Shown here in pieces: positions 1 to 12,219 of a stretch of DNA of 56,617 bases. A program made the position numbers and the translations under genes. The first letter of the stretch is position 1. Each line of letters opens with the position of its first letter. The notes beneath the pieces were generated by a model. The model was not told the DNA's origin and made no database searches. It saw nothing but the letters and a program-made list of their open reading frames with translations. This DNA is from Prorocentrum cordatum (lineage: Eukaryota). Location: the NCBI GenBank assembly GCA_963575745.1, contig CAUYUJ010000082.1:62001-118617 (forward strand). Direction: 5' to 3'.

Positions 1-189
1 CCTACTCCGTCTACAAGTACACGCGATGAATACCATTATCCTTTTTCCCCTGACTCTGTCCGAAGAGTGTCCCGTCCTCTCCGCGTATTGTTTTTCATTC
101 ACCGGATTTTATTGCTATACATGTTTTTCCCGGTCGATTCTGGTTCTTCCAAAATGGTGCTCCCCCTGCAGCGCCGCCCGCATGTCCGC

Positions 190-240
190 GCTTCGGTCAT
201 TCAAAACCGTGCTCCCGCTGCAGCGCTGGCCTCGTTCAGC
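190..240. repeat. Dispersed repeat segment; diverged inverted copy at ~4460-4510
   Basis: Reverse complement of ttcggtcattcaaaaccgtgctcccgctgcagcgctggcctc resembles gaggcctacgctgcagcgggaacacgattctgaaataccgaa at ~4467-4508. Confidence 0.55.
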
Positions 241-384
241 GCCTCTGGACGGCATTTGGCATTCGAAAGCGCCCACATCGGGCAGGCACGTTTGCGGAGG
301 ACATGGAGCCGGCATTTCGGACAGGCCCTGTCCTCTCGTAGAGCGGCCATTTACCCTCCAAAACATTTGGTGTCACCCGCGGTA

Positions 385-500
385 TGTAATGCGATGCTGT
401 GTTGTGCACCGCCGCGCGATGCCATGCTTTGCGTTGCTATGCTTTGTGATGCAATGCTTCACTACGCAATGCCACGCCATGCTATGACATGCTATGTTCT
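385..500. repeat. Degenerate ATGCN pentanucleotide microsatellite
   Basis: Runs of atgcg/atgct/atgcc/atgca. Confidence 0.7.
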
Positions 501-604
501 GCCGTGCTCTTTTACGCCATGCTTTTCCATCCATCGCGTACCCTCTTGGGATCATTGCCCTGCTCGACATCCGACTGTGCGAATGTGTAGGATATCTACG
601 CCAC

Positions 605-658
605 TGTAGGGGATGGGAGGGACGGGTAGGACGTCAGATGTGACGCTAGCGCACCTAT
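605..658. repeat. Short dispersed repeat; inverted copy at ~3812-3865
   Basis: gtaggggatgggaggga...gtcagatgtgacgctagcgcaccta versus taggtgcgctcgcgtcaacatctgacatcctacccctccctcccatcccttac. Confidence 0.7.
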
Positions 659-1384
659 CTTGCCGCTCCCGCCTCCTCCCTCTCACCTCCCCCCTCCCTC
701 CTCTCCACCCTCGAAGGCAGCGACGGCGGCAGTGGCGGCGGCGGCGCCGTGCTCCTCTGCGCTTTCCCCCACATCCTAGATAAGGGGGTTCCTTTTATCA
801 GTGTGACGCCTCCGCCCCCTCCTATTCCTCCTCACCTCCCGCCTTCCCCTCCTCCACTCGTTCTCGTACTCGTTCACGCTCAGACCCGCTCACAGTCGGA
901 ATCATTTACGCTCAGCCTCATCCGCACCGATACTCATTCTGAGATGCACTCACACTCAGACCCATTCATATTTATAGCCAGCCATATCTATAGTCACGCT
1001 CACATCCAGACCAACTACCGCGACGTAGCAGGCCTAGCACTCGGGCGCCCCAAGTGGAAGCCGCCAGGGGCGGGGGTACTTACCCGTTCGCAGCCAGATT
1101 GTTGGGGTATCTTGAGCAAGGCGCTCGTTTTGAACTTCGGACCCTCTCTAATCAGGGCGCCGTGATCACGGCGAATGCAGCAGGCGAGGACTCTCTCACA
1201 TTTCGTCGCTGACCGCGGGAAGTGCCAGGAAACGGGGTGCACAAGGGGGATCTCCGCGTTGCTCATTTCCGTAACAGCGTTTGGCCAGGGTACCGTTTGT
1301 GGTTTTAAAGAAGGACCGCAGAAGAGGCCCGCAAGGGGGGGCGGGGAGCCCGAGGACCCCCGGTCTCCAGCAGCCGTTTCGCCG

Positions 1385-2565
1385 GAGGAGGAGGAGGAGG
1401 AGGAGGAGGAAGGAGGAGGAGGAGGAGGAGGGGGAGGAGGGGGAGGAGGAGGAGGAGGAGGAGGAGGAGGAGGAGGAGGGCCGACCGGCCCTGATCATGG
1501 ATCTCTCCAGCCACCCCTGAACCAGGAACCAACCCCTCCCCCATACCCCCCTCCCCTCGGGACCCGGGGCGGAGCGCGTCACGCTTCGCGGGCCGAGGAG
1601 CAGGAGGTCGGCTGCATGTTGTGGCTGCCATGAGCAGGGACACTCTAGCAGTCCTGTCACTGAACTACACATGTGTTGAAAATGTGTAAAGCATGTTCTG
1701 AAAAGGTTTCGAGCATGCTTTTAGATACTCACAACACGTTTGAAAACACCTGGAACTCACTTGGCAGCATGCTTCCTCTCCATGAATCGACTTCCACAAG
1801 CTCCTTCCCTCCCTCCCTCCCTCCCTCCCTCCCTCCTCCTCCTCCTCCCCCTCCCCCTCTCCTCCTCCTCCTCCTCCTCCTCCTCCTTCTCCTCCTCCTC
1901 CTCCTCCTCCTCCTCCTCCTCCTCCTCATGGCCAGGGGCAAACGCACGGCCGCGCGCACCCCAAGATGCCTCTCTGCACCGGACGTCGTGGCAGCCCGGG
2001 CCAGCAAAGCGAGGCCGCCTCGGAGGCGAGGGCACGACTCCCGAGGAAGCTGCGAGGAAGTCTCCTCCTCCTCCTCCTCCTCTTCCTCCTCCTCCTCCTT
2101 CTCCTCCTCCTCCTCCTCCGTTGGTCAAATCAGGTTGACGGGCGATCGAATGTCAATCATACCCGATCACATACATGAGCGATGCATTGAGCATAATAGT
2201 ATGGACCATTCAGCCCCCATTGAAGACCCCCTGTTGCAGACCCCCTCTTTCACCCTCCAATCAGGGCAAGGTGAGCCCTGGAGCCCCGTTCCACGCACGT
2301 TTTTTGTTTTTTTTCGCGCAGAGGTGGAAGCGTAGGAGACACAGACGGGGCAGGCAGGGAGGAGGGGAGGAGAACGCAGGCTCCTGACCTCGGGGGGAAG
2401 GAAGAGAGTGCGGAGGCTGGGGGAGGGGGCGAGCCCCCTCCCCGAAGTGGAGGAAGGGGGGGGGGGCCGGAAGGAGGAGGAGGAGGAGGAGGAGGAGGAG
2501 GAGGAGGAGGAGGAGGAGGAGGAGGAGGAGGAGGAGGAGGAGGAGGAGGAGGAGGAGGAGGAGGA
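1385..2565. repeat. Cluster of (GGA)n/(CCT)n microsatellites at ~1385-1480, 1800-1927, 2062-2118 and 2472-2565. Similar tracts at ~2985-3045, 4170-4270, 6373-6490, 7610-7722, 10880-11005 and 11197-11260
   Basis: Directly visible; source of the poly-E/G/R/L/P/S ORFs. Confidence 0.95.
1619..1800 (+). repeat. Dispersed repeat family member (~180 bp); inverted copy at 38034-38225
   Basis: ggcagcatgcttcctctccatgaatcgacttccacaag matches the reverse complement of cttgtggaagtcgatgaatggagaggaagcatgctgcc at 38034; the other end also aligns (ggacactctagcagtcctgtca / tgacaggattgttagagtgtcc). Confidence 0.85.
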
Positions 2566-2749
2566 GCGGCGCCTCCCTGAACAACTCGCGCCTCAGGTGC
2601 CGACGTGTGCGCTGCGGGACACGCCCGACCTAAGCCTACAGCCACCGTGCTACCACAGGGAGAGCACAGGAAGGAACGAAGGGGCTTCTGGCCGACCCTG
2701 GCGTTCGATGCTCGTTTTGGTGACCTTCCTGGGGGCCACCTAATGGATC

Positions 2750-2870
2750 TGTTCGACTCAGGTTCGACTCAAGTTCGACTCAGGTTCGACTCAGGTTCGA
2801 CTCAGGTTCGACTCAGGTTCGGCTCGTGTTCGACTCAGGTTTGACTCAGGTTCGACGCAACTTCGACGCA
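2750..2870 (+). repeat. Tandem array of 11 x 11-bp units, consensus GGTTCGACTCA
   Basis: Units counted from 2750 to 2870; the unit resembles the Pol III B-box GGTTCGANNC. Confidence 0.9.
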
Positions 2871-3191
2871 CGAGTGGAGCGAGTGGCTCCAGGAAGGTCC
2901 CCAGAATGAGCATCTAACTGGCGGGACTCCCCGACCCGCCTCTTCCCCTTTGCTGCCACTACAGGGTGCTTTGCGAGGGCTTTCCTCCTCCTCCTCCTCC
3001 TCCTCCTCCTGTTCCTCCTCCTCCTCCTCCTCCTCCTCCTCCTCCCTTTGTTTCCCTTGCCGCGGCCAGGCCGTCGGCTTCGTGCAGGGGGGCGAGGCCG
3101 GCGCCCCCGCCCCCGCCCGCCTGCGCTGGGCGCCCGCGGCGGCGGCGGCGAGGAGGGGGAGAAGACGACGGGGAGAAGACGATGGTCACCA

Positions 3192-3346
3192 CCCACCAAA
3201 CCACCCCAACCCAACCCGAAGGCCTCAATTTGCCCTCCATTTCCAGTGGGGGGGGGTCGGGGAACATCGAGAAAACACATATGGAACCCGTACCCCCCCC
3301 AACCCGAAATTCGGGTCTTCGGGTTGGGTTGGGGTGGTCTGGTAGG
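3192..3346. mobile_element. MITE-like element with ~33-bp terminal inverted repeats
   Basis: Left end cccaccaaaccaccccaacccaacccgaaggcc; right end reverse complement cctaccagaccaccccaacccaacccgaagacc (3 mismatches); no clear TSD. Confidence 0.6.
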
Positions 3347-3397
3347 TAGTCAGATGGGGGAGGACGGGGAGAGGGACAGTCGGGGGAAGAAGGGGTA

Positions 3398-3583
3398 CTC
3401 CAGATTTCGTAACAAAAGGGAGGGGTCTCAACCCTCTCAGACGAGAAGTTTTGGACCCCCCCCCCCTTGGAGAACCCTCCCAAACATCGTCCCCAGACCC
3501 TCCCGGGCCCTCCAAGATGGCCTGGAAAAGACCCCCCCCCCCCCCGAAATGAGACCCCCCTCCCTTTATTACGAAATCTGGAG
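3398..3583 (+). mobile_element. MITE, TA-flanked (Tc1/mariner-type), TIR CTCCAGATTTCGTAAYAAA(A)GGG
   Basis: TIRs at both ends and TA on both sides; second copy in opposite orientation at 40451-40630 with different flanks. Confidence 0.85.
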
Positions 3584-3591
3584 TACCCATA

Positions 3592-3718
3592 CCGCTGCCC
3601 TTCCCTCGTCTGCCCCTTGTCGGGCCTGCCGCGAGGACCTCGGCGCCACCGCGGGACGCGCCCCGAAGTCCTGGTCGGAGCGCGCCCCGGGAGAGGTCCG
3701 TGGAGCAGCGGAAGCGGT
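3592..3718 (+). repeat. Dispersed repeat segment; diverged direct copy at ~5195-5326
   Basis: cctcggcgccaccgcgggacgcgccccgaagtcctggtcggagcgcgccccgggagaggtccgtggagcagcgg versus cctcgtcgccaccgctggattcgcctcgaaaacttggtcagaacgcatcccaggaaaggcccggggagtagcgg. Confidence 0.65.
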
Positions 3719-4751
3719 GCCGCGTGGCTTCCCCAGATAGGGGGGAGGGGGGGAGACGGGGAAGGGGGGGGAAGGAGGGGGACTGGGGGAGGGGGAGGGG
3801 GGGAGGACAAGTTAGGTGCGCTCGCGTCAACATCTGACATCCTACCCCTCCCTCCCATCCCTTACCATGGCGCTGATTTTCTCTATCCGCGGACGCGTGT
3901 CGTAGCGGACCCGTGGCTCCGCGGAGGAGAGGGGTGGTGGGCGAGTCATGTGCGCTCGCGCCCTGTCTGACATCCTGCCCCTCGTACTCGCCTCTTTCTA
4001 TTGCGTGTTTTTTTCTTTATCCGCCAACGCGTGTTTTAGTGGACCTGGAATTTTAAATAGGATCTTATGGTGTTGCGTGTAATCGGCAAAAAAAGAGGCT
4101 GCGTACATTGGAGGAGGATGAGGTGGCGGATGAGCAGGTGGATGAGCAGGAGAAAAAGGAGGATGAGGAAGATGAGGGAGGAGGAGGAGGATGAGGATGA
4201 GGAGGAGGATGAGGAGGATGAGGAGGAGGAGGAGGAGGAGGAGGAGGAGGAGGAGGAGGAGGAGGAGGAGGACGTCGAGTACGAACAGCAGCGGCAGCAG
4301 AAACTAGATTGGAGGGAACGGGAGGAGCAGGAGTACCAGGGGAAGGCTGAGGAGGGGGCACGAAGGGGGCGACAACAATTCAAAATGACGCGGCTCCAGA
4401 AAAGTGGCCCGCGCTGGAGCGAGAGCGCCATCCTGAACGACGGGAGCAAAGCGCCGTTCCGAAAATGAGGCCTACGCTGCAGCGGGAACACGATTCTGAA
4501 ATACCGAAGAACTCGGATGGTACAACCCGTAAGAAAACACACTTAGAATCCTTGTAGAAACCGGTAAACATGCAGCGGGGGGATGTCACCTCCTGGCCCA
4601 CGCGCTTATCGCCCGTGCGTTGTGGCACCCACTGAGGAGGAGAGGGGTTGATGGGCGTGGGGACGGGGGGGGGAGGGGGAGGGACGCGGGAGTCGGCCGC
4701 TCCCCTGGGAGCTCCAGTCGTGCCCCCGACGGTACCAGCAGCAGCAGCAGC

Positions 4752-4785
<34 letters not shown>

Positions 4786-7314
4786 CTCGGGCTACGCTTC
4801 AGTCGGGCCTGTCCCTCTGCAGGGGGAATATTCAGAAATAGTCGAACACATAGTCTGGGGACTATTCTTTGATTAGTTTTTGACAATTTTGGAGCATTTT
4901 TTCAGTAATCGTTACTTTTCGTCGAAAACCCCCCTGTAGGGGGACACGCCCGACTTAGGGCCACGCTTCAGGTGGCCTCGGCGAGCATCGCGCACGGCCC
5001 GGAGGCGAAGCGCCAGATCCATCCGTGTGCTCCAGCCGCTGCGAGATTTGCGCACGGGCGCCGCGCCTCCGCGGCCGCACGGACACGGCCGGGAGAGCGG
5101 CTGCGCCCCGCCTCGCGCACATTTGGGCTGGACCTGAACGGTGTTTTTGGTGAGCTCGTGGGCCGTCTTCGTTTCTCGGAGGAGGAAAAGGTACCCGTAC
5201 CTCTACCCCCTCGCCCGTTTTCCCCTTTTTGGGCCTCCTGGGAGGCCCTCGTCGCCACCGCTGGATTCGCCTCGAAAACTTGGTCAGAACGCATCCCAGG
5301 AAAGGCCCGGGGAGTAGCGGCATCGGTACCTTTTGGTTTCCCCAGTTTCGACTTTGTTTTGCGGTAAAGGCGGATTCGAGGCAAAAGCGAGGGAAAACGA
5401 ACACAAAACGAACACGGAAGACACCGTTGAGGTTCAGCCCTGGCGCATATCCTGGTCGCAGCTTGCAGCGGCTGTGTGCGAAAACTTCAGAAGCGTCACG
5501 ATGGCTTCGCGCAGGTCCGCCAACGATTGGTCGAGCGGCACCTCCGCAGGGGCCCCTGCCGCAGCCGCTGCTCGCTCCTCCTCGGCCGCCGCGAGGACCG
5601 CGTCGGGGACCACGCCGTCACCTGCCATCACTACCTCCCTCGGACCCCTCTCCTTGTCCTTCCGCGAGCCGCCTGTTCGTTTGGCCCACTTTTTGTCCGG
5701 TCCTTCTCCGACGATCGACATTTTGTCCTCGTCGCCCGGCAACGTCCGTCGGCTTGGACGCATCCCTTTGCGGACCGCTTCCTGTTCAGCATCCTTGTCT
5801 AATACCCGCGCGGTTTTCGCGCTTTTGGGACTCGACGTTGTCCGTGCCCTCAGCTTCTCTGATTGGGCTCCACGGGGGTTGCCATGCTCGGATCGGCTTT
5901 GACTTGAGGTTCGCCAGCTTCAGTTCCCACACCCTTGCTGGGCTCCCACACGGCTTCGTGCGGCTCCGCCCTCAACTGCGCCACGCGCTGCTTGGACTTG
6001 CCCCTCGGCACGCACGCCGCGGCCGTCACGGTCTCAGTGTGCCTTCCTCCCGCGTCCCTTCTGGCCGTTCTTCCCCGCGTTCCGTTGGTGCCCAGCTTTG
6101 CTCCGGCGCCTCCCGCCGCCGCTTTGCCGCCGCCTTGGATCTCTCACGGCCGCCGACCAAAGACTGCCCGCTCAGCCTCTGCAGCTGCTCCCGCTGCCGA
6201 GGGGGAGGCCGTCGGACCGACGGCGGGCGCCTCGCCGGCAGCACCCGCGCCTGGGGCCCCCGCGGCCGCTTCGGCTTCTGGGCCAGGTGGCTGGGTCGTC
6301 CGCGCGGCCTCTGCCGCGTTCAGTGCCTGCGCCTGCCTTTGCCTCATCGAGAACAAACGAACCCCTAACCTCAGGAGGAGGAGGAAGGAGGAGGAGGAGG
6401 AGGAGGAGGAGGAGGAGGAGGGAGGAGGGAGGAGGAGGAGGAGGAGGAGGAGGAGGAGCAGGAGGAGGAGGAGGAGAAGGAGGAGGAAGAAAAGCGAGGA
6501 ATAGCGCGAGGAAGAGTTGGCCTCACTTAGGTCCCCGTCTTCGCACGAGAGGGATGATGCAGCTGGGCGGGACTTGGTCCGATACGCCTGCAGGAAGAGA
6601 CCGACCCCCGATGTTTGGCCCTCCTTACTTCGGCCCCCCCCCCCAAAAGGGTTAGGGGGGCATGTCTTTTGCTCATCGCCGCCCGCGGGGCGCACCGCCG
6701 CCAGGAGGGATGCCAGCCGACTCGCGCCGCAACCCGCCGGGGGGGCGCGGTGCGACAACACGGCGCGCCCGCGCGCCTTCCAGCAACACCTCGTCCTCGT
6801 CCCGCGCCCAGGTTGCCTTGGACCGCGGCGGCGAGGGCGGCGCCAGCGGCGGAGCCCTGAGCTCCGACGTGGCGACCTTGCGACGCCACGAAAAATCAAG
6901 ACGCGAGCCTCTGGATTCTACATCATTCTGCTGTGTTTCCCGGGTTGGGTCGATTTGTGAGGGTCCCAGGGTTTCGGGGGGCCCTAAACGGGGTGGTGAC
7001 ACCACACCGTGCGGTGAGTCGGTGGGGATCCGGGGCCACCGCACGGTTTTGGGACTCGAGTCGTGCTCCGAGGACGTCTCGGGCGACCGGGGCCTCCGGG
7101 GTCCCAAGACCGTGCGGCGCCGGACCGTGCGGTGAGGCCTTGGACGATCTCGAGGCCACCGCACGGTCTGCCACCGCACCGTTTCGGGACTTCACGAGTG
7201 CTCGAGGCGGTGCGAAAACGCCCAGAGTGAACAGAGAGGCGCCGCCCCGATCTGAGGGGAGCGCGCCGCGCCCCGACGCCATTCCGCGGCGAGCGAGCGG
7301 CGCGGCCCCGCGCG

Positions 7315-7316
<2 letters not shown>

Positions 7317-7376
<60 letters not shown>

Positions 7377-7420
7377 TCCGTCGTCGTCGTCGTCGTTCCG
7401 TCGTCGTCGTCGTCGTCGTT

Positions 7421-7468
<48 letters not shown>
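7317..7468. repeat. (CGT)n microsatellite
   Basis: Directly visible; a similar tract lies at ~37770-37875. Confidence 0.95.
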
Positions 7469-7469
<1 letters not shown>

Positions 7470-8004
7470 TGGCGTCGTTGTGCGCCCGGGCGGCGAGCGG
7501 CCGCGCGGCCCTCGGCTCGCTGGCGTCTTGTGCGCGCCCGCCGCTCGGCGGCCGGACGGCGCGGCCCCGCACGCCTCGACCTGCGCGACGCGGCAAGCCT
7601 CCTCATCCTTCTCCTCCTCCTACTCCTCCTCTTCCTCCAATCCTCCTCCTCCTCCTCCTCTTCCTCCTCCTCCTCCTCCTCCTCCTCCTCTTCCTCCTCC
7701 TCCTCCTCCTCCTCCTCCTCCTCCCGAGCGCGTTCCACTACTCGCAAAATGCCTACGCGCAAACGTCCGAGAAGCACAAGTCTGCTTCGATGTGATCTCT
7801 CGTGGATCCCCCGCGGCGGATCCAGGCCAGTTGCGAGCAGTCGGCTTGCGAGTCGTGGGACGCGCTCGTCTGCCAGTGGTGCTTGCTTGGGGATCGAGCC
7901 AGGCGGCAGGTTCGAGCCGAGCTGGCACTGGAGAAAAGGAGGAAGCATAGGAGGAGGATGACGAGGAGGAGGAGGAGGAGCAGGATGAGGAGGAGGAGGA
8001 GGAG

Positions 8005-8007
8005 TTA

Positions 8008-8053
<46 letters not shown>

Positions 8054-8578
8054 CTGATGCTGAGGATAAATGTGACGGCGATGACGATACGGATTCTTAT
8101 GCTGAAGGTGATAATGATGTTGATGATGTTGATGATTGTGAGCATGCTGTTGTTGATGATGACTATGTTGTTAATATTGTTGATGATGGTGATGGTGGTG
8201 GTGATGATGCAGCTGGGATTGTTGTTGTTGGTGATGGTGTTGATGCTGTTGATTAGGATTGTTATAACGATGATGGTGATGACGTTGATGACGATGATGA
8301 CGATGATGACGATGATGACGATGATGACGATGATGACGATGACGACGATGATGGCGATGACGATGACGATGACGACGATGATGATGAAGATGATGATGCT
8401 GCTGATGTTGATTGTGGTGATGATGATACTGATAGCGATGGTGATAGCGATGATGCTGATGACGATGCTGATTACGATGCTGCTGCTGATGATGGTGATG
8501 ATGATGATGATGATTATGTCGATGTTGATGATGGTGAGGATGAATAATAATATGCGGATTACGATGCTGACGATGATA

Positions 8579-8636
<58 letters not shown>

Positions 8637-9404
8637 CGCTGATGCTGATGCTGATGATGCAGTTGCTGCTGGTGTGGTTGCTGCTGATGCTGATGCTGAC
8701 GATGCAGTGCCCGCTCGGCTCGAACCTGCCTGGCTGGATCCCCAAGCAAGCACCACTGCAGCAGGAGGAGGAGGAACAGGAAGCAGAGGAGGAGGAGGAG
8801 GAGGAGGAGGAGGAGGAGTAGGAGGTTTGAGCAGGAGGAGTTAGATGATGATGGTGATGATGACGACGATGATGATCATGATGATGATGCTGATGATGAT
8901 GTTGATCATGAATATGACTGCGATGAAGATGATGACTTTTATGCTGATGGTGATAAGGATGTTGATGATGTAGATGATGGTGATCATGCTGTTGTTGATG
9001 ATGACTATGTTGTTGATGTTGTTGAAGATGGTGATGGTGGTGGTGATTATGCAGCTGGGATTGTTGTTTTTGATGATGCGGTTGTTGATGTTGTTGATGA
9101 TGATGGTTATGACGATGATGGTGATGACGTTGATGACGATGATGACGATGATGACGATGACGACGATGATGACGATGATGGCGATGACGATGACGATGAC
9201 GATGACGACGACGATGTTGAGGATTATGATGATGATGGTGATGAAGCTGATAGCGATGATGATAGCGATGATGCTGATGATGATGCTGACGACGATGATG
9301 CTGCTGATCATGATGGTGATGCTGACTATGTTGGTGTCGATGATGTTGATGATGATGAAGAAGAATATGCGTATTATGATGACGGTGATGACGGTGATGA
9401 TGAC

Positions 9405-9451
<47 letters not shown>

Positions 9452-10052
9452 CGTTGGCACTGATGTTGATGATGCAGTTGCTGCTGATGTGTTCGCTGCT
9501 GATGCTGATGAGGATGCTTGGAAGGATAAGGATGAGGATGATGCTGAGGATGATGATGATGAGGATGATGATGACGACGATGATTATAATGATGTTGATG
9601 ATACGGATGCTGATGATGATTTTCCTGATTGTGATGGCGACGATGATGATGCTGTTGTGTGGGATGCAAATGGTGATAGTGACTGTGATGGTGTTGGTGG
9701 TGACGATCATGATGATGATTCTGAAGTTTATGATGATGCTGATTCTGACTCAGCTTAGGATGATTCTGATTATGATGCTGATGATGCTTATGATGATGAC
9801 GATGATGCTGACTATGTTGATGACGATGGTGATGATGATGATGATAACGATGCTGATGATGATGCTCATGATGCTGATTCTGATGATGATTCTGATGATT
9901 CTGATGATGATGATGATGATGATGATGATGAGTGTGCGGCTGCTGCTGCTGCTAATGACTATGATGCTGATGATGATGCTGATGGTGGTGGTGGTGGTTG
10001 TGATGATGATGACGATGCTGCTGCTGCTGATGATGATGATGATGCTGACGAC

Positions 10053-10085
<33 letters not shown>

Positions 10086-10164
10086 CATGATGGTCGTGGT
10101 GGTGGTAGTGGCGATGATGATGATGACGATGATGATGATGATGATGATAATCATGATCATGATC

Positions 10165-10218
<54 letters not shown>

Positions 10219-10483
10219 ATGCTTGTGATGGTGGTTGTGGTGGTGGATGATTTGGAGGAGGATGAGCAGGAGGAAGAGGAGGAGGATAAGGAGGATGCGG
10301 AGAAGGAGGAGGGTAAGCAGGAGGGGGAGAAGGAGGAGTATAATGTGGAGGTGAAGGGGGATGATGATGATGATAATGATGAAGACGATGATGCTGATGC
10401 TGATGCTGATGCTGATGCTGATGCTGATGCTGATGCTGATGCCGATGGTGATGGTGATGGTGATGGTGATGGTGATGGTGATC

Positions 10484-10558
<75 letters not shown>

Positions 10559-10580
10559 ATTATGATGATGATGATGAGGA
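8005..10580. repeat. Very long degenerate (GAT)n satellite containing an internal ~840-bp tandem duplication
   Basis: GAT/GAC/GCT triplets; shared interruptions atgcagctgggattgttgtt (~8207, ~9049), aatatgcg (~8548, ~9364) and gatgcagttgctgctg (~8656, ~9471). Confidence 0.95.
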
Positions 10581-12219
10581 GGAGAAGGATGAGGAGGAAG
10601 AGGAATAATATGACAAGCAATGCAGGAGGAGGGGGAGTCGTGATTGGAGGAGGAGGAAGAGCAGGAGAGGGGATCACGAGTCAGGAGGACACGTGTGTTC
10701 GGGGGGATGCGGAAGGAGAGAAACAGGAGGAAGAGGAGGGGAAGGTAGAGTGGGCGGAAGGGGAAGAGAGGAGAAGGTTGTGGAATTCCCATTGGTTTTC
10801 ATGCGAAGAGGGAGCGGGGGGGGAGCTGGGGGAGTGGGAGGGACCAGAGGAGGGGGAGTGGGAGAGGGGGACTGTGAGGAGGTGGAGGAGGAGGAGGAGG
10901 AGGAGGAGGAGGAGGAGGAGAAGGAGGAAGAGGAGCAGGAGGAGGAGGAGGGGGAGGAGGAGGAGGAGGAGGAGAGGAGGAGGAGGAGGAGGAGGGAGGA
11001 GGAGGAGGGGGACAATTGGGATGCTCGTCCTCCCTTCTCGGCTCCCTCGTCCAAGTCCCCCTCCTCCTGCACCTTCTGCTCCTCCTGGCTGCCCTCCCCC
11101 CGCAGCTCCCGTGCTCCTGTCCTGCTCATCGTGCCCCTACTTCTCCCCCTCCCCTCTGTGCGCGCCCCCGTCAGCATGGACTACACCACGCCAGGGAGGA
11201 GGAGGAGGAGGAGGAGGAGGAGGAGGAGGAGGAGGAGGAGGAGGAGGAGGAGGAGGAGGGGGAGGAGGGGAGGAGGGGGAGGGAGGAAGGAGGAGGGAGG
11301 AGGGAGAAGGGAGCCAGTGTGTATCGGCCAGGCGCGCGGAGGCTCACACCAGCCTGGCACCCGCGCGGAGGCCGCGGGCCGACCGGCGACGCAGCATGCT
11401 GCCACGAGCAAGCACATGCTCGGCACGCGTGCGACGTATACACGCTGTTCATTTCTAATTCTTCGAGGGCTCTTTGATCTTTTTTGGGGGGCCAAGATCT
11501 TTTCGTTTCTAATTCTTCCATCCTGGGCCTCTTCCTGGCCACTGGGGGGCCAGGAACAATCAGAAACGAGCGCAATCAGAAATGAGCACGATTAGAAATG
11601 AACGACGTGTATATGAAGAGCAAAAGCGCTGCGACGTTGCTGCGAGGTAGCAGCCCAGCTGCTTCCCTTCCGCTCTTTGCTGGTCTCACCCCGAGCAGAC
11701 CAATCCAGGGCCGCGCATCCGGTTGACTGGGTCGACCCCTGTCTATTCTCGCCCTCCCCACCCGTCTTGCCCTCACCCTTCCCTCCCTCTCTGTCATACT
11801 CTGCCCCCCCCCCCCGACTCCGCCCACTCCTCCCCTCCCATTCCCTCACCTAGTTTGCCAGTGTTTTCCTTCCAAGGGGCTTTGAGAGTAGAACGGATGG
11901 GGCCCCGCTTTCCCTTGAGGTCTCCCTAGGTCTCCGGAGGACCCTGGAGGTCACCAGGTGCCTCGTGGACCTCCGCAGGCTTCGGGCCCAAGCAGGGCCC
12001 CCAAACGGTCGAAAACCTCGATCCTCGATCCTTCCCTCCCTCCTCTCTCTCCTCCTCCTCCTCCTTCCTGCGGGAACGCCCGCGGACAGATCTTGGTGAG
12101 CATATCCGCCGACCGCGACCACACGTTGGCCCTGTGGGCGTCTGCTAGGGACGGCTGGTTCGGCTACCAGCGCAAGGAGCTGCCACCGCTCCACTTGAGG
12201 AAGGAGGGAGGTGGAGGAG

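Noticed and set aside
2750..2870. tRNA gene or CRISPR array
   Set aside because: Only T-loop-like 11-mers in tandem; no cloverleaf, no spacers, no cas genes
5434..6350. Possible decayed minus-strand coding region (Ala/Lys/Arg-rich)
   Set aside because: Looks coding-like but is interrupted and has no recognisable motif; cannot be assigned
1175..8008. Many overlapping ORFs with poly-E/G/R/P/S/L runs
   Set aside because: Products of (GGA)n/(CGT)n tracts and high GC; no domain motifs
8005..10680. Long poly-Met/His/Ile/Asp ORFs (up to 554 aa)
   Set aside because: Translations of the (GAT)n satellite, open in several frames on both strands; the same applies to 13550-13966 and 42750-43910
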